DNA of 64,000 nucleotides from Octopus sinensis. Taxonomy: Eukaryota. This document shows positions 52,660-64,000 of the stretch, piece by piece. Below the pieces are notes generated by a model. It searched no databases. It saw only the letters and a program-made list of their open reading frames with translations, and was not told the DNA's origin. Position 1 is the first letter of the stretch. Every line of letters starts with the position of its first letter. The translations under genes were made by a program, and so were the position numbers. The DNA lies in assembly GCF_006345805.1 (NCBI RefSeq), contig NC_042999.1:149296001-149360000 (forward strand). Reading direction: 5' to 3'.

Positions 52660-53951
52660 TATCCCTTGTGACATATTCAGAAAACAATGTTGAAAAGCAT
52701 CAAGAAATTAGGGAGGCATTCCATGTTTCAACATGATCCTAAATACACTTCAAAAACGATGACCAAGTTTTTATCAGATAAAAAGATAAAGGTATAGAAT
52801 ATCTGTGGTGTGTTTTGAAAAGGAAGGTTGAGGAGAAAATACCCACACTGTAACACAGATGAAAGACATTATTCAGGATGAATGGAGGTTGATTTCATCG
52901 GTCATATGTGGAAATTTAGTTGTCTCTATGCCCACAAATCTTAATGCGGTCATTGAAATCAAGGACGGTAATACCAAATATTGAATATAGCAAATAACCC
53001 TTTAGAGTGTACATATTTTTGTGTGAACGTGACCTGGGTGTTATTGTTGACAGTGATTTGCGTTGGACAAAACACATCACTAAAATTGTCAAGAAGGCTG
53101 AGGGTGTCTTGGCATCACTCACCAAATCCTTTGTGAGCCGCTCTCCAACTATCTATCTGCGGCTTTATATAGCTATGGTAAGACCTCACCTGGAATTTGC
53201 ATCACCGGTCTGGAACCCCTATCTTTCCCAGGATATCAATCATCTGGAAGCCGTTCAGTGACGTGCAACCAAAAGAATACCCTCCATCAGGCATTTGCCA
53301 TATTCTGAATGCCTTACTTTCCTGGGTATGGACACATTGAAACTCCGACATCTGGCAGCTGACTTGGCAGACACCCATAAAATTATCAACCATCTCACAA
53401 ACAATAACTCTGAGCACCTTTTCAAACTCCACCTGTCTAGCACCCGTGGACATATTTACAAAGTAAGAAAACAGCACAGCTCCCATGACTTTAGGAAACA
53501 TTTTTTTCAAGCTGAGAGTTGCTGAAGCATGGAACAAACTGCCGGCATCGGTTGTTAGTTGTCGGAGCACTGCATCCTTCAAAACTTACATGCTTTCTGA
53601 GATTCGCCAACACTACACCTGATTTCCTCCCCTACATACACACGCAAGCATGTATCTGACTCATACATTGTTCGCTTTCCAGACATTTGTACATTACTGC
53701 ATACACTTTATACGTACTTTCTGACAAGTTGTGGTGCACCTGAGTACTGTATACAATAATTTCATTATTATTATTATTATTATTTCATTAATATCTTTGA
53801 AAATGTTTATTGTTTTGTATTCCAAATTTGTATAATATTTGCATGTGTAATATAATTTACTCAGAATAAATTTTGTTTCATTTCCTTCAATATTATCAGA
53901 GTAATGACAATTTTCTTGAAATTTTTTAGGGGTATACATACTTCTGAGAAT

Positions 53952-53957
<6 letters not shown>
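52660..53957 (+). mobile_element. Tc1-type transposon remnant interrupted by a CR1 LINE
   Basis: Reads MLKSIKKLGRHSMFQHD..PKYTSK...IEYLWCVLKRKVEE...IQDEWRLI...NLVVSMPTNLNAVIEIKDGNTKY* (to about 52984). Related motifs agagtgtacatattttt (about 53003) and aggggtatacatacttct (about 53928) suggest a right TIR split by the LINE. Confidence 0.75.
53020..53775 (+). mobile_element. CR1-clade LINE, 5'-truncated RT C-terminus plus 3' UTR and (ATT)n tail
   Basis: Reads ERDLGVIVDSDLRWTKHITKIVKKA...LYIAMVRPHLEFASPVWNPY...LEAVQ*RATKRIP...TRGHIYK...WNKLP. Contains one stop and a frameshift. Confidence 0.95.
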
Positions 53958-54004
<47 letters not shown>

Positions 54005-54102
54005 TAAAGAGTGGTCACTATGTGGCTCACTCTAGCACTAGAAATAGATCCAATAGGTTTCAACCACAAAATAAATGTATCTAATTCTCTCACCCTTATT
54101 AA

Positions 54103-54135
<33 letters not shown>

Positions 54136-54143
<8 letters not shown>

Positions 54144-54638
54144 ATATAGAGGGCATTATACATACATGCCAGGAGCATTCTACATACACGCCATAACGCT
54201 AAGAGGGACAATCAGTCATTTCTACCAAAAATATTACTAATCCCACCGAATGCAATTTTTCAAAGAAAGACATTTAAAAATATATAGACCTGCATCACAG
54301 TGATTTCATACTTACGCAATCATCAGCAGGCCTGAATATACTATAAATAAACAACGACCCTGCCTCGCTTAAGTCGATCAGCTACTGGTTAGCTGATCGA
54401 CTTAAGCGAGGCAGGGTCGTTGTTTATTTATAGTATATTCAGGCCTGCTGATGATTGCGTAAGTATGAAATCACTGTGATGCAGGTCTATATATTTTTAA
54501 ATGTCTTTCTTTGAAAAATTGCATTCGGTGGGATTAGTAATATTTTTGGTAGAAATGACTGATTGTCCCTCTTAGCGTATGGCGTGTATGTAGAATGCCT
54601 CCTGGCATGTATGTATAATGCCCTCTATATATAAATTA
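54136..54638. repeat. Near-perfect palindrome with ~249-bp arms and a 5-nt loop, each arm with a hammerhead-like motif
   Basis: Centre ...aagtcgatcagcta-ctggt-tagctgatcgactt... (loop 54385-54389). I saw only two 1-bp indels between the arms. The motif lies at 54441-54488 (+) and 54286-54333 (-). Confidence 0.95.
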
Positions 54639-54753
54639 ATATGTTCAATAAGAAATAATTATTTTCGAAATTTTTTCTCTTATGAGGTTTTTACGCTATC
54701 TACCTGACAATTTCTTGTTAAGTTTTCCTTATTAAGTAGTTGTCCTTAATTGC

Positions 54754-54786
<33 letters not shown>

Positions 54787-55099
54787 ACACACACACACAA
54801 AATTATTTGAAACATAATCCATTAATCAGAGGTTAAAAGATATTTCTAAATCAATGAGAAACACAGCTCTTACTGCAACTGTGTTAACAGGGCCTTAAAT
54901 GTCAAGTAATTCACATACACACACAGACTTTACATTAAAGTCTATATAGCCACTGACAATAGCTACAGTATCAAACATATGTTTCAAAATTCTATTTGAC
55001 TTTTCCCTTGTATGTCAGTCAGTAGACAAGTCTGACTAACATTTCATTTTCTTAATCAAACAAATTTAAACAATGGTGATTTACAAATGTGACACAAGC

Positions 55100-55665
55100 A
55101 AATGACAGAGGTGGAGGTGGAGGAGGAGGAAGTAAAAGAAGTAGCTAGAGGGAAAAAGAAAGAGAAACAGTTAAATGGTGAAGGAGAAAGAGCTTAGAGG
55201 AAAAAAGATGAAGGTAGGGAGAGAGTAAGAGAGGGAGAGGGAGAAAGAACTAGAATGAAAAGATGGAGTTGAGCGATAAGAAGAAGAAGGAGCTAGAAGA
55301 AAAAGAAGCTAGAAGAAGAAGAAGAAGGGGGGGAGAAGAAGCTGGAGTGGAGAAGAGGAAGAAGGGGGAGGAGAAGAAGCTGGGGTGGAGAAGAAGAGGA
55401 AGAAGGGGAAGAGGAGGAGAAGTAGGGAGAAGATGAGGAGGAGAAGAGGAAGAAGAAGAAGGGGGAGGAGAAGAAGCTGGGGTGGAGAAGAAGAAGAGGA
55501 AGAAGAAGGAGAAGTAGGGAGAAGAAGATGGGGAGGAGGAGAAGAAGAAGAGGAAGAGGAGAAGAAGAAGAAGAAGAAGAAGAAGAAGGAGAAGGGAGAA
55601 GAAGAAGAAGTTAGAAGAAAAAGAAGAATCTAGAAGAAAAAGAAGAAGCTAACAGAAGAAGCAAC
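55100..55665. repeat. Purine-rich (GAA/GGA)n low-complexity tract
   Basis: Seen directly in the sequence. A similar gaagaagcta-type tract lies at about 39985-40130. Confidence 0.9.
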
Positions 55666-57189
55666 AAGAGCATTCTATGAGAACTAGAATGGCTATAACA
55701 AATGTAGAATGGAAAGATGTGTGGATCTTTGTTTTTGTATTCTTGTCCCCAACTCACTCCATCCCTGCCACCATGGATGAAACAGCTTGCTTGACCTCAT
55801 TTATCCTAACACAGTTGTAACAAATTGTTTATTGTCTTTTTTTATTTAAAGATAAGATAAATAAAAAAAGTTTTCTTTTCATTTTTTTTTTTATTTTGTT
55901 TCACCTGCTTTAAATCAACTGACACAAAGAGAAAATGAAAGAAAATCAATAACTTATAATTGTTGTTGTTGTTGTTGTTATTGCTGTTGTTTTAGTGCAC
56001 AGCCCACCTGTCCCTGGAGGCAGACCCCCCCCCCCACCACCACCACCACATACTCCCAGGCCTTTATATTTTGTTTAGTTTCTGAACGCTAAGTTTGGAG
56101 AAAGTGAAATGCTGATGGCATTTGCAGCCACCACTACAGCTGCCACCGCCGCCAGAACCACCACCACCACCACCACCGCCACCTCCACCACCACCACCGC
56201 CACCCTGTTGACCAGCGATGTTTGGCTTAAACTGTTGTTGCAAGTTGACACTTGTAAGGAAAAACATGACCATGGAAAGAGTTTCTGATGCAACAGATCT
56301 ATTATTAGAAGCATTCCAGCCATGACCATCTAAACTTTTTTTCAGGCATACAGTATCTTGTAAACACTACTCATTAGATTCTTTTTTTGTTTTTTTTTAA
56401 GGTATTAGCTACAATGTCAGGAGAGGATTGGAGTTGGCTGCTATTTCCAGCAGACTGAGCAACCACATAGAGGCTCCTGTGGTAGCTTGTGATGATGGTG
56501 TTGGTAATATTGAGTATGACCTGTGAGCAAAGTTATTCCAAATTTTTCTTTTAGGCATTATAGGTGCAGGAATGGTTGTGTGGCAAGAAATTTGCTTAAG
56601 AAATTTACTTCTCAACCACCTGCTCTCTGGTTCAGTTCCACTATGTGGCACCTTGGCTAAGTGGCTTTTACTATAGCCCTAGGTCAACCAAAGCCTCATG
56701 AGTGGTTTTGTTTCAACAAAAACTGAAAGAAGCCCATCATAAAACTTTTTTTTACTTGTTTCAGACATTTGACTGTGGCCATGCTGGGGCACCATCTTGA
56801 AGGGCTTTTAGTTAAGCAAATTGATCCTGGACTTTTTTTTTAAAGCTTGGTATTTATTCTATGGGTCTCTTTTGCCAAACCAATAAGTTACAATAATGTA
56901 AACACACCAACACCAGTTGCCAAGTGGTGATGGAGAACAAACACAGGCACATGCATACATATATTATTTAAAAAAACACCAATATATGTTTTTATGTGCT
57001 AATATTAGTTTCATGTAATGAAAGCATGTCAGACAGTACTTTTTAACATGTCTGGTGCCTTACTACAATCTTCAGGCACCAGACATATTAAAAAATACTA
57101 TCTTTCATTGCATAAAACTAATGTTAGCACATAAAAACATAAAAAAACCTGTCTCAGTGGTGTCAGGATTCAGATTTTTCTTTGTCTCC

Positions 57190-57472
57190 TCATCTGATCA
57201 AAGGAACAGCTTGCTCATGAGATTAACATGCAAGTGGCTGAGCACTGCACAGACACATGTACCCTTAACACAGTTCTCAGAGGTTCAGTGTGACACAGAA
57301 TGTGACAAGGCTGGCCATTTGAAATACAGGCACAACTCATTTTCGCCAGCTGAGTGAACCGGAGCAATGTGAAATAAAATGTCCTGCTTAAGAACAAAAT
57401 GCGCAGCCAGGAATCCAACTCCCGACCCTACGATCGCAAGCCGAATACCCTAACCAAGCCACGTGCCTTCAC
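57190..57472 (-). mobile_element. tRNA-derived SINE family D
   Basis: Minus head gtgaaggcacgtggcttggttagggtattcggc...gagttggattcc and body ...tttatttcacattgctccggttcactcagctggcgaaaatgag. A second copy lies at about 61900-62195. Confidence 0.8.
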
Positions 57473-57759
57473 GATGTATCTAATAAGCACCTGGGTTACG
57501 TCATGTAAAAGCACCCAGCACACTCTGTAAAGTGGTTGGTGTTAGGAAGAGCATCCAGTAGCAGAAACCATGCCAAATCAGACTGGAGTCTGGTGCAGCT
57601 CCCAAGCTCTGGTCAAACCATCCAACCCATGCCAGTATGTAAACTGGACATTAAAAGATGATGACAATGATGATGATAATGTGTATGTGTGTGTATAAGT
57701 GTACAAGTGTGTGTATGTTTGTCTCCTCATCTTGACATTGCACAATAGTTGTAAACGGA

Positions 57760-57995
57760 TGGCTAAATATGTAGGTTTACAGGTAAACGTGTGTGCTGTG
57801 TTTGTGAGTGTCTCTTTGCTTTGACTTTATGCTACGGTTGTAAACAGGTGGATAAGCATGTAGGTAAATGCGTGGGTGTGTGTCTCTTTGTTTTGACTTT
57901 ACACTATAGTTGTCAATGGATGGATAAGTATGTAGGTATGTAGGGAAATGTGTGGGTGTGTGCCTCTTTGCTTTGACTTTACGCAATAGTTGTAA
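57760..57995. repeat. Degenerate ~70-80 bp tandem repeat (about 3 units)
   Basis: gtgtctctttgctttgacttta....tagttgtaaa..g.tggataag.atgtaggta repeated at about 57808, 57880 and 57960. Confidence 0.8.
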
Positions 57996-58403
57996 GCAAG
58001 CATCACTGTAATATATAAAATCTCATTTTTTTCCAATTTTCTATGAAAAAGATGTCCAGCTGGCCATAGGAAATGTACCTCAATGAATTCCAGCTAAGAC
58101 ATGGAAGAGTGGATGTTAAAAAAAAACCGATGAAGATGAGAAGGATTAATGATGCATAAGGATTAACTCAAGTGCTAAAGATTAGAAGGTTAGTTATACT
58201 TTGAAGAATAATCATTATTCAACATCCATTTTCCAAGCTGTCATGGGTTGGACAGCTTGACAGGAGCTGGTAAGGACAGGATCCACACTAGGTTCCATTT
58301 ATGTTTTAGTATGTTTTCTATGGCTGGATGCCCCTCCTAACACCAACTACTTTATGGAGTGCACTAGCTATGTTTTACGTGGCACCATTACCAGTGCTTT
58401 TCA

Positions 58404-59030
58404 CAAACCACCATCACCAATGCTTTTCATGTGGTACCAGCACCAATGCTTTTCATGTGGTACCAGCACCAATGCTTTTTATGTGGTACCAGCACCAGTG
58501 CTTTTCATGTGGTACCAGCACCAGTGCTTTTTATGTGGTACCAGCACCAGTGCTTTGCATGTGGTACCAGCACCAGTGCTTTTCATGTGGTACCAGCACC
58601 AGTGCTTTTTATGTGGTACCAGCACCAGTGCTTTTCATGTGGTACCAGCAGCAGTGCTTTTTATGTGGTACCAGCACCAGTGCTTTTCATGTGGTACCAG
58701 CACCAGTGCTTTTTATGTGGTACCAGCACCAGTGCTTTTCATGTGGTACCAGCAGCAGTGCTTTGCATGTGGTACCAGCACCAGTGCTTTGCATGTGGTA
58801 CCAGCACCAGTGCTTTTTATGTGGTACCAGCACCAGTGCTTTTCATGTGGTACCAGCACCAGTGCTTTTCATGTGGTACCAGCACCAGTGCTTTTCATGT
58901 GGTACCAGCACCAGTGCTTTTTATGTGGTACCAGCACCAGTGCTTTTCATGTGGTACCAGCACCAGTGCTTTTCATGTGGTACCAGCAGCAGTGCTTTTT
59001 ATGTGGTACCAGCACCATTGCTTTTTACAT
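58404..59030. repeat. 26-bp minisatellite, about 23 units, with a degenerate continuation at 59505-59660
   Basis: Unit gtggtaccagcaccagtgctttt(c/t)at. It grows out of an RTE 3'-UTR copy (58215-58400) whose gtgcttttta.gtg.cacc motif it resembles. Confidence 0.97.
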
Positions 59031-59101
59031 GATACCTTCACTAATGTAAGTATAACTAACCTTCCAATTCTTGGGACTTGAGTTAATCTTTTTGCATCAT
59101 A

Positions 59102-59503
59102 GATGTAGAAGTGGCTGTGTGGTAAGTAGCTTGCTTACGAACCACATGGTTCTGGGCTCAGTCCCACTGCATGGCACCTTGGGCAAGTGTTTTCTACTAT
59201 AGCCTTGGGCTAACCAAAGCCTTGTGAGTGGATTTGGTAGACGGAAACTGAAAGAAGCCTGTCGTATATATGTATATACATATATGTATATATGTGTATG
59301 TCTTTGAGTGTCTGTGTTTGTCCCCCCAACATCGCTTGACAACTGATGCTGGTGTGTTTACGTCCCCATAACTTAGCAGTTTGGCAAAAGAGCCTGATGC
59401 AATAAGTACTAGGCTTACAAAGAATAAGTCCTGGGCTCAATTTGCTCAACTAAAAGGTCGTGCTCCAGCATGGCCACAGTCAAATGACTGAAACAAGTAA
59501 AAA
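59102..59503 (+). mobile_element. Full-length SINE family A
   Basis: Same head, body and tail as 26866-27266. Confidence 0.92.
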
Positions 59504-60374
59504 AGTGCTTTTCACATACCACCATCACCAGTGCTTTTAATGTGGCACAAGCACCACTGCTTTTTACATGGCACCATCACCAGTGCTTTTCATGTGGCAC
59601 AAGCACCAGTGCTTTTTATGTAGAACAAGCCCCAGTGCTTTTTACGTAACACCAGCACTTATTATTATTGTATACTGAAAATCCCTTAGTTAAGCTTCAT
59701 GCAAGCTATATTTCTCAGATGATCTGGTATACATCCACAGAGATGTTCCTGGCCTTGTAGGAAGTGTGAGTGTGTGTGAGTATGGGGTCTTTCAACACTT
59801 GACTTCTTTGCCTTGTTGATGCACAAAAAAAAAAAAAAATTGAGGGAGGGTGTACCAATTACATTGACCCCAATGCTCTATTATTATTTTCTCAACCCCA
59901 AAAGGACAAAAAGTAAAGCTGACCTCAGTGTAATTTGAACTCAAAACAAAGACAGACGAAATGTTGCTAAGCATTTTGTCCAGCATCCTAATGATTCTGC
60001 CAGCTTGTAGCCTTAATGTAATTATCAATAATGACAGCAACTTACGTAACATAATTATCAATAATCAATAACAGTCATTATATAACATAATTATTAATGT
60101 TTAAGAATGGCTGTTATAATCACATAATAATCACATGATGATGATGATGGTGGTCACACCCGTCGATTTCAAGGTCTGAGTGTTTGAATAAAAGAATTAA
60201 CAACAATAGAAGCATCATCCATTTGCGATGGATGTGAGATTGTAATTTGAGTCCAGGAATGGATTGAGTCACAATGGGGATAATGATGGTTTTGATTTTG
60301 CCTGGGATGGGACAAATGCGTCTGTTGATTGCAAGATATAATTCTTTTATGATGATAATAATAATAATAGAATA

Positions 60375-60787
60375 GGCGCAGGAGTGGCTGTGTGATAAGT
60401 AGCTTGCTTACCAACCACATAGATCCGGGCTCAGTCCCACTGCGTGGCACCTTGGGCAAGTGTTTTCTACTATAGCCTCGGGCCGACCAAAGCCTTGTGA
60501 GTGGATTTGGTAGATGGAAACTGAAAGAAGCCCGTCGTATATATGTATATATATATATATGTGTGTGTGCGTGTGTGTTTGTGTGTCTGTGTTGGTCCCC
60601 CTAGCATTGCTTGACAACCGATGCTGGTGTGTTTATGTCCCCGTCGCTTAGCAGTTCGGCAAAAGAGACTGATAGAATAAGTACTGGGCTTACAAAGAAT
60701 AAGTCCCGGGGTCGAGTTGCTCGACTAAAGGCGGTGCTCCAGCATGGCCGCAGTCAAATGACTGAAACAAGTAAAAGAGTAAAGAGA
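60375..60787 (+). mobile_element. Full-length SINE family A, young CpG-rich copy
   Basis: ggcgcaggagtggctgtgtg...gactgaaacaagtaaaagagtaaagag. Confidence 0.93.
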
Positions 60788-61245
60788 GACAGCACATCAG
60801 AAAGTGATAAGTACAGAATCTGTGGACAAAACGGTGAAACCGTTTGGCATATTACCAGCCAATGTATGCCACTAGCCCAGAAGGAATATAGGAGACATCA
60901 CGACAATATAGCCAGGCTTGTCCATGGGACACTTTGCAACAAGTATGGACATGACAGAGCGAAAAATTGGTACGACCACAAACCTGAAGACATTGTCGAA
61001 AATAAAAATTCTATTGGATTTTATGATTCAGTACGACCATGAGATTTTTAATAGGAAGCCGGATATAGTCTTAATTGAGAAAGAAAACAAACTATGCTGG
61101 AACATTGATATAGCATGCGCAACTGACAACAAGGTGTGCAATAAGGAAGAAAGAAAAGTTGAGAGATATGACAGGTTAGCTTGGGAAGTTAAGCAGTTGT
61201 GGTCGATGAAAAAGATAGCAGTAGTACCAATAATTGTTGGAGTCA
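60788..61245 (+). mobile_element. R4/Dong-like non-LTR retrotransposon fragment: CCHC knuckle plus RLE nuclease
   Basis: Reads DKYRICGQNGETVWHITSQCMPLAQKEYRRHHDNIARLVH..LC, then after a frameshift LDFMIQYDHEIFNRKPDIVLIEKENKLCWNIDIACATDNKVCNKEERKVERYDRLAWEVKQLW...VVPIIVG. It shows the RHD, PD..D and K..KY..L motifs. Confidence 0.92.
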
Positions 61246-61709
61246 ATGGACATTAAATGATGATGACGATGAGATATATATATATATATATATAGCTGTA
61301 AGATCTAATTTATACTTATATTTATATTTACTTGTATTTATATATATTCTACTTATTATACAACATTACTCTTTTATGTACACTTTTTTATGTACATTCC
61401 TTTATGTCCATTGATTTGTTCTGCTTTTTATATTTAACCCTACAGTCTCTTATGTGGTGGTTTAATAAAGTATGTGATTGAGTATTATCTGGTAATTGAT
61501 ATTTGATTTAGATGTATTTCTCCAGTTTCTTATCTTGTATTAGTAATTTGTGATAAATCATTTTACCTTTGCCCATATAATACAGTAAATGAATTGATTG
61601 CATCGCAATCATTAACATTTATGTATTAACTTTGTTGGGTACTTCACTAGCAGTATATTGGATATACGTTATCCCATAGAGGGTTGCATTTACAACCCCT
61701 ATCTCAATT

Positions 61710-61745
<36 letters not shown>

Positions 61746-61827
61746 CACATACATACACACACAAAATGTATGCACATATATGCATACAAAATGACTAATA
61801 CTCAGTCCCCTGCTATTCCACAACCCC

Positions 61828-61867
<40 letters not shown>

Positions 61868-63689
61868 AATCTCATACATACAACTGACACTGTCAGGTAT
61901 GAAGACAAGGCTTCCAGTTGATCTGATCAATGGAACAGCCTGCTTGTGAAATTAACGTGCAAGTGGCTGAGTACCCCATAGACACATGTACCCCTAACAT
62001 AGATCTCAGGGAGAATCAGCGTGATACCAAGTGTGACAAGGATGGCCCTTTGAAATACAGGTATAACACATTTTCGCCAGCTGAATTGATGGGAGCAATG
62101 TGAAATAAAACTCAAGGACATAATACGCTACTGGGAATTGAACTCATGACCTTACAACTGTGAGCTGAATACCCTAACCACAAAACCACGTGTCTTCTCT
62201 CACTCACACAAAGCCACATAGAGAAAGACAAATACACAGACATTTAGTTTCACACAGGGACATGCTTTCTCCCTCCCCGCTCACACACACAATCATGCAG
62301 TCACCTTCTCACAATCTCCCTCCCTTATTCACCCAATCCCTTTGTACTTTCAAAAACAAAAACAAAAAAAAAATATTAATTCTAAAACTAACGAGAGAAA
62401 AATGAAATGTTAGTTTCCATCACTGAAACTAACTGGTCAAATACTTCACCAATATCCCTTCCTTTAAACTTTCAAACTAACAATGCCATACAGTTTGTTC
62501 TACATTGTTCCCAAACAGCCAGCCACAGATATCTCACGGTTATTAGGAAGGTTTTCTCAATAAAATCCATTGTCAGCTAGGCTTCCAGGGATAAGAGAAG
62601 AATGGCGATATTATTGTACACATGACCACAACAAATCTTTTAATCTTTAGGCACAAATGACTTTCTGAAAATATTATTGACACAAAGATATTTTGTCTTC
62701 TGATTGTAATGCTCTGTTTTGTTAGTCACTTCATGTGTTGTTCAGGAAGTATTTCAACAATTTACAATGCTTTCACCCTACCGGCCATATATATATTGCA
62801 GAGTTGAGATGGTTCTGTGTTGATGCTCACCAAGCTACTAAACTCTAGTAGCGACAAAGGGCATAAATGTTTGTACTTTACTTTTATATTGTGTACTTCT
62901 TTCTTCTTGTTTGCATGTGTGTGTGTGTGTGCATATATAAATACACACACTCACACAAATATACACACGCATATGCATACATGCACACACACACACACAC
63001 TCATATTATATGAGCACAATGATGATAATGATGAAGATATATATACACACACACATCATCAGCATCACCACCACCATAATCTAACACCCATTTTCCATGC
63101 AAGTGTGAGTTGGACGGTTTGACAAGAGCTGGTCAACTAGAGTGCTGTGCCAAATTCTATTACCTATGGTTTCTACAGCTAGATACCCTTCCTAATACCA
63201 ACCACCTTACAGAGTGTACTGGGTGCTTTTTTTTTTCATGGCACAAGAACTGTGGGGTCACCAAGTAATTTGCAAGACAAAGTCTCCACAACTGGGAAGG
63301 GATGGAGGGATGTGGCTTTGTGCCAGGTGATGAGGGGGTTAGAAAAATAACGGAGGGATAGAAATAGGTGTCTTACTGTAGAAAAGATACAAAAATATCC
63401 CAGTTGGAGGAGGAGTCTTAAAGAGAAAGATAGAGATGGTGGTAGATATGTGTCAGGACATACCCTCAAGGTACAGTGAGGAGGGGTGTGATTATAGGCG
63501 AAGTGATACAGTATATTGGTATGAGTGAGGGGGCTGGGGAACAGAGGGTAAGTTTCATAAGAATGTGAGGGAAGATGGTCAGATGAGACAGATGTGTCTA
63601 TATACACACATCTATCTATCTATCTATATATATATAGATAGATAGATAGACAGACAGATGTGACTATACACACACACACACACATTTTG

Positions 63690-63982
63690 AGAAGACTCAT
63701 CAAGCAAAATCACAGTCGTGGCAGATACCAGTGTCATGCAAATTGGCACCTGTGCTGGTGGCATATAAAAACACCCTGGTGTCACGTAAACAGCACCCAT
63801 GCTGGTGGCATATAAAAGCACCCATTACACTCTCGGAGTAGTTGGCGTTAGGAAGGGCATCAAGTTGTGGAAAACCATGCCAAATCAGACTGGAGTCTGG
63901 TGCAGCCTTCCAGTGTGCCAGCCCGGTCAAACCGTCCAACCCATGCCAGCATGGACAACGGATGTTAAATGACGATGATGAT
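63690..63982 (+). mobile_element. RTE 3'-UTR copy
   Basis: Family sequence ending catggacaacggatgttaaatgacgatgatg. Confidence 0.88.
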
Positions 63983-64000
63983 ATAGACATATATACATAC

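Noticed and set aside
58328-59081. Three long overlapping ORFs (216-234 aa) and a CRISPR-like appearance
   Set aside because: This is a stop-free 26-bp tandem repeat with no unique spacers, no cas genes and a eukaryotic context. The ORFs are a by-product of the repeat.
1216-60995. Other CTGANGA hits (about 1216, 5557, 7075, 13537, 21821, 24261, 28677, 28998, 32938, 34708, 45335, 46532, 50443, 60985)
   Set aside because: None has a correctly placed stem II, GAAA, UH and closing stem I. Several lie inside LINE coding remnants.
60611-61042. 143-aa ORF as a novel gene
   Set aside because: It is a chance in-frame fusion of a SINE tail with a frameshifted RLE LINE fragment.

Overview
Non-coding, repeat-saturated eukaryotic DNA. 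The repeat repertoire (several tRNA-derived SINE families, RTE 3'-UTR repeats ending in (GAT)n, dense microsatellites) resembles an Octopus/coleoid cephalopod genome; this is inferred by eye, not by search. I found no credible host exon. Every recognisable coding trace is a decayed transposon: RTE and CR1 reverse-transcriptase ends, three R4/Dong-like restriction-like-endonuclease (RLE) LINE ends, a Tc1 (DD34E-type) remnant and a maT (DD37D) remnant. There are also piggyBac-like and Tigger-like MITEs and a Helentron-like element. The most interesting signal is invisible in the ORF track: about 10 minimal type I hammerhead ribozyme motifs (CUGANGA-stem II-GAAA-palindromic stem III-NUH) in mostly unrelated short elements. 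Four have intact catalytic cores (29533, 37205, 38448, 47632). Several sit in (TA)n tracts or fold-back inverted repeats, including a ~500-bp near-perfect palindrome at 54136-54638. This architecture suggests Penelope-like-element pLTRs or retrozyme-type non-autonomous elements. Also present are two snap-back inverted duplications at RTE 5' truncation points, a duplicated composite MITE, and several tandem arrays (units of about 339, 117, 100, 67, 55, 42, 38 and 26 bp). Coordinates were read by eye and may be off by a few bases.
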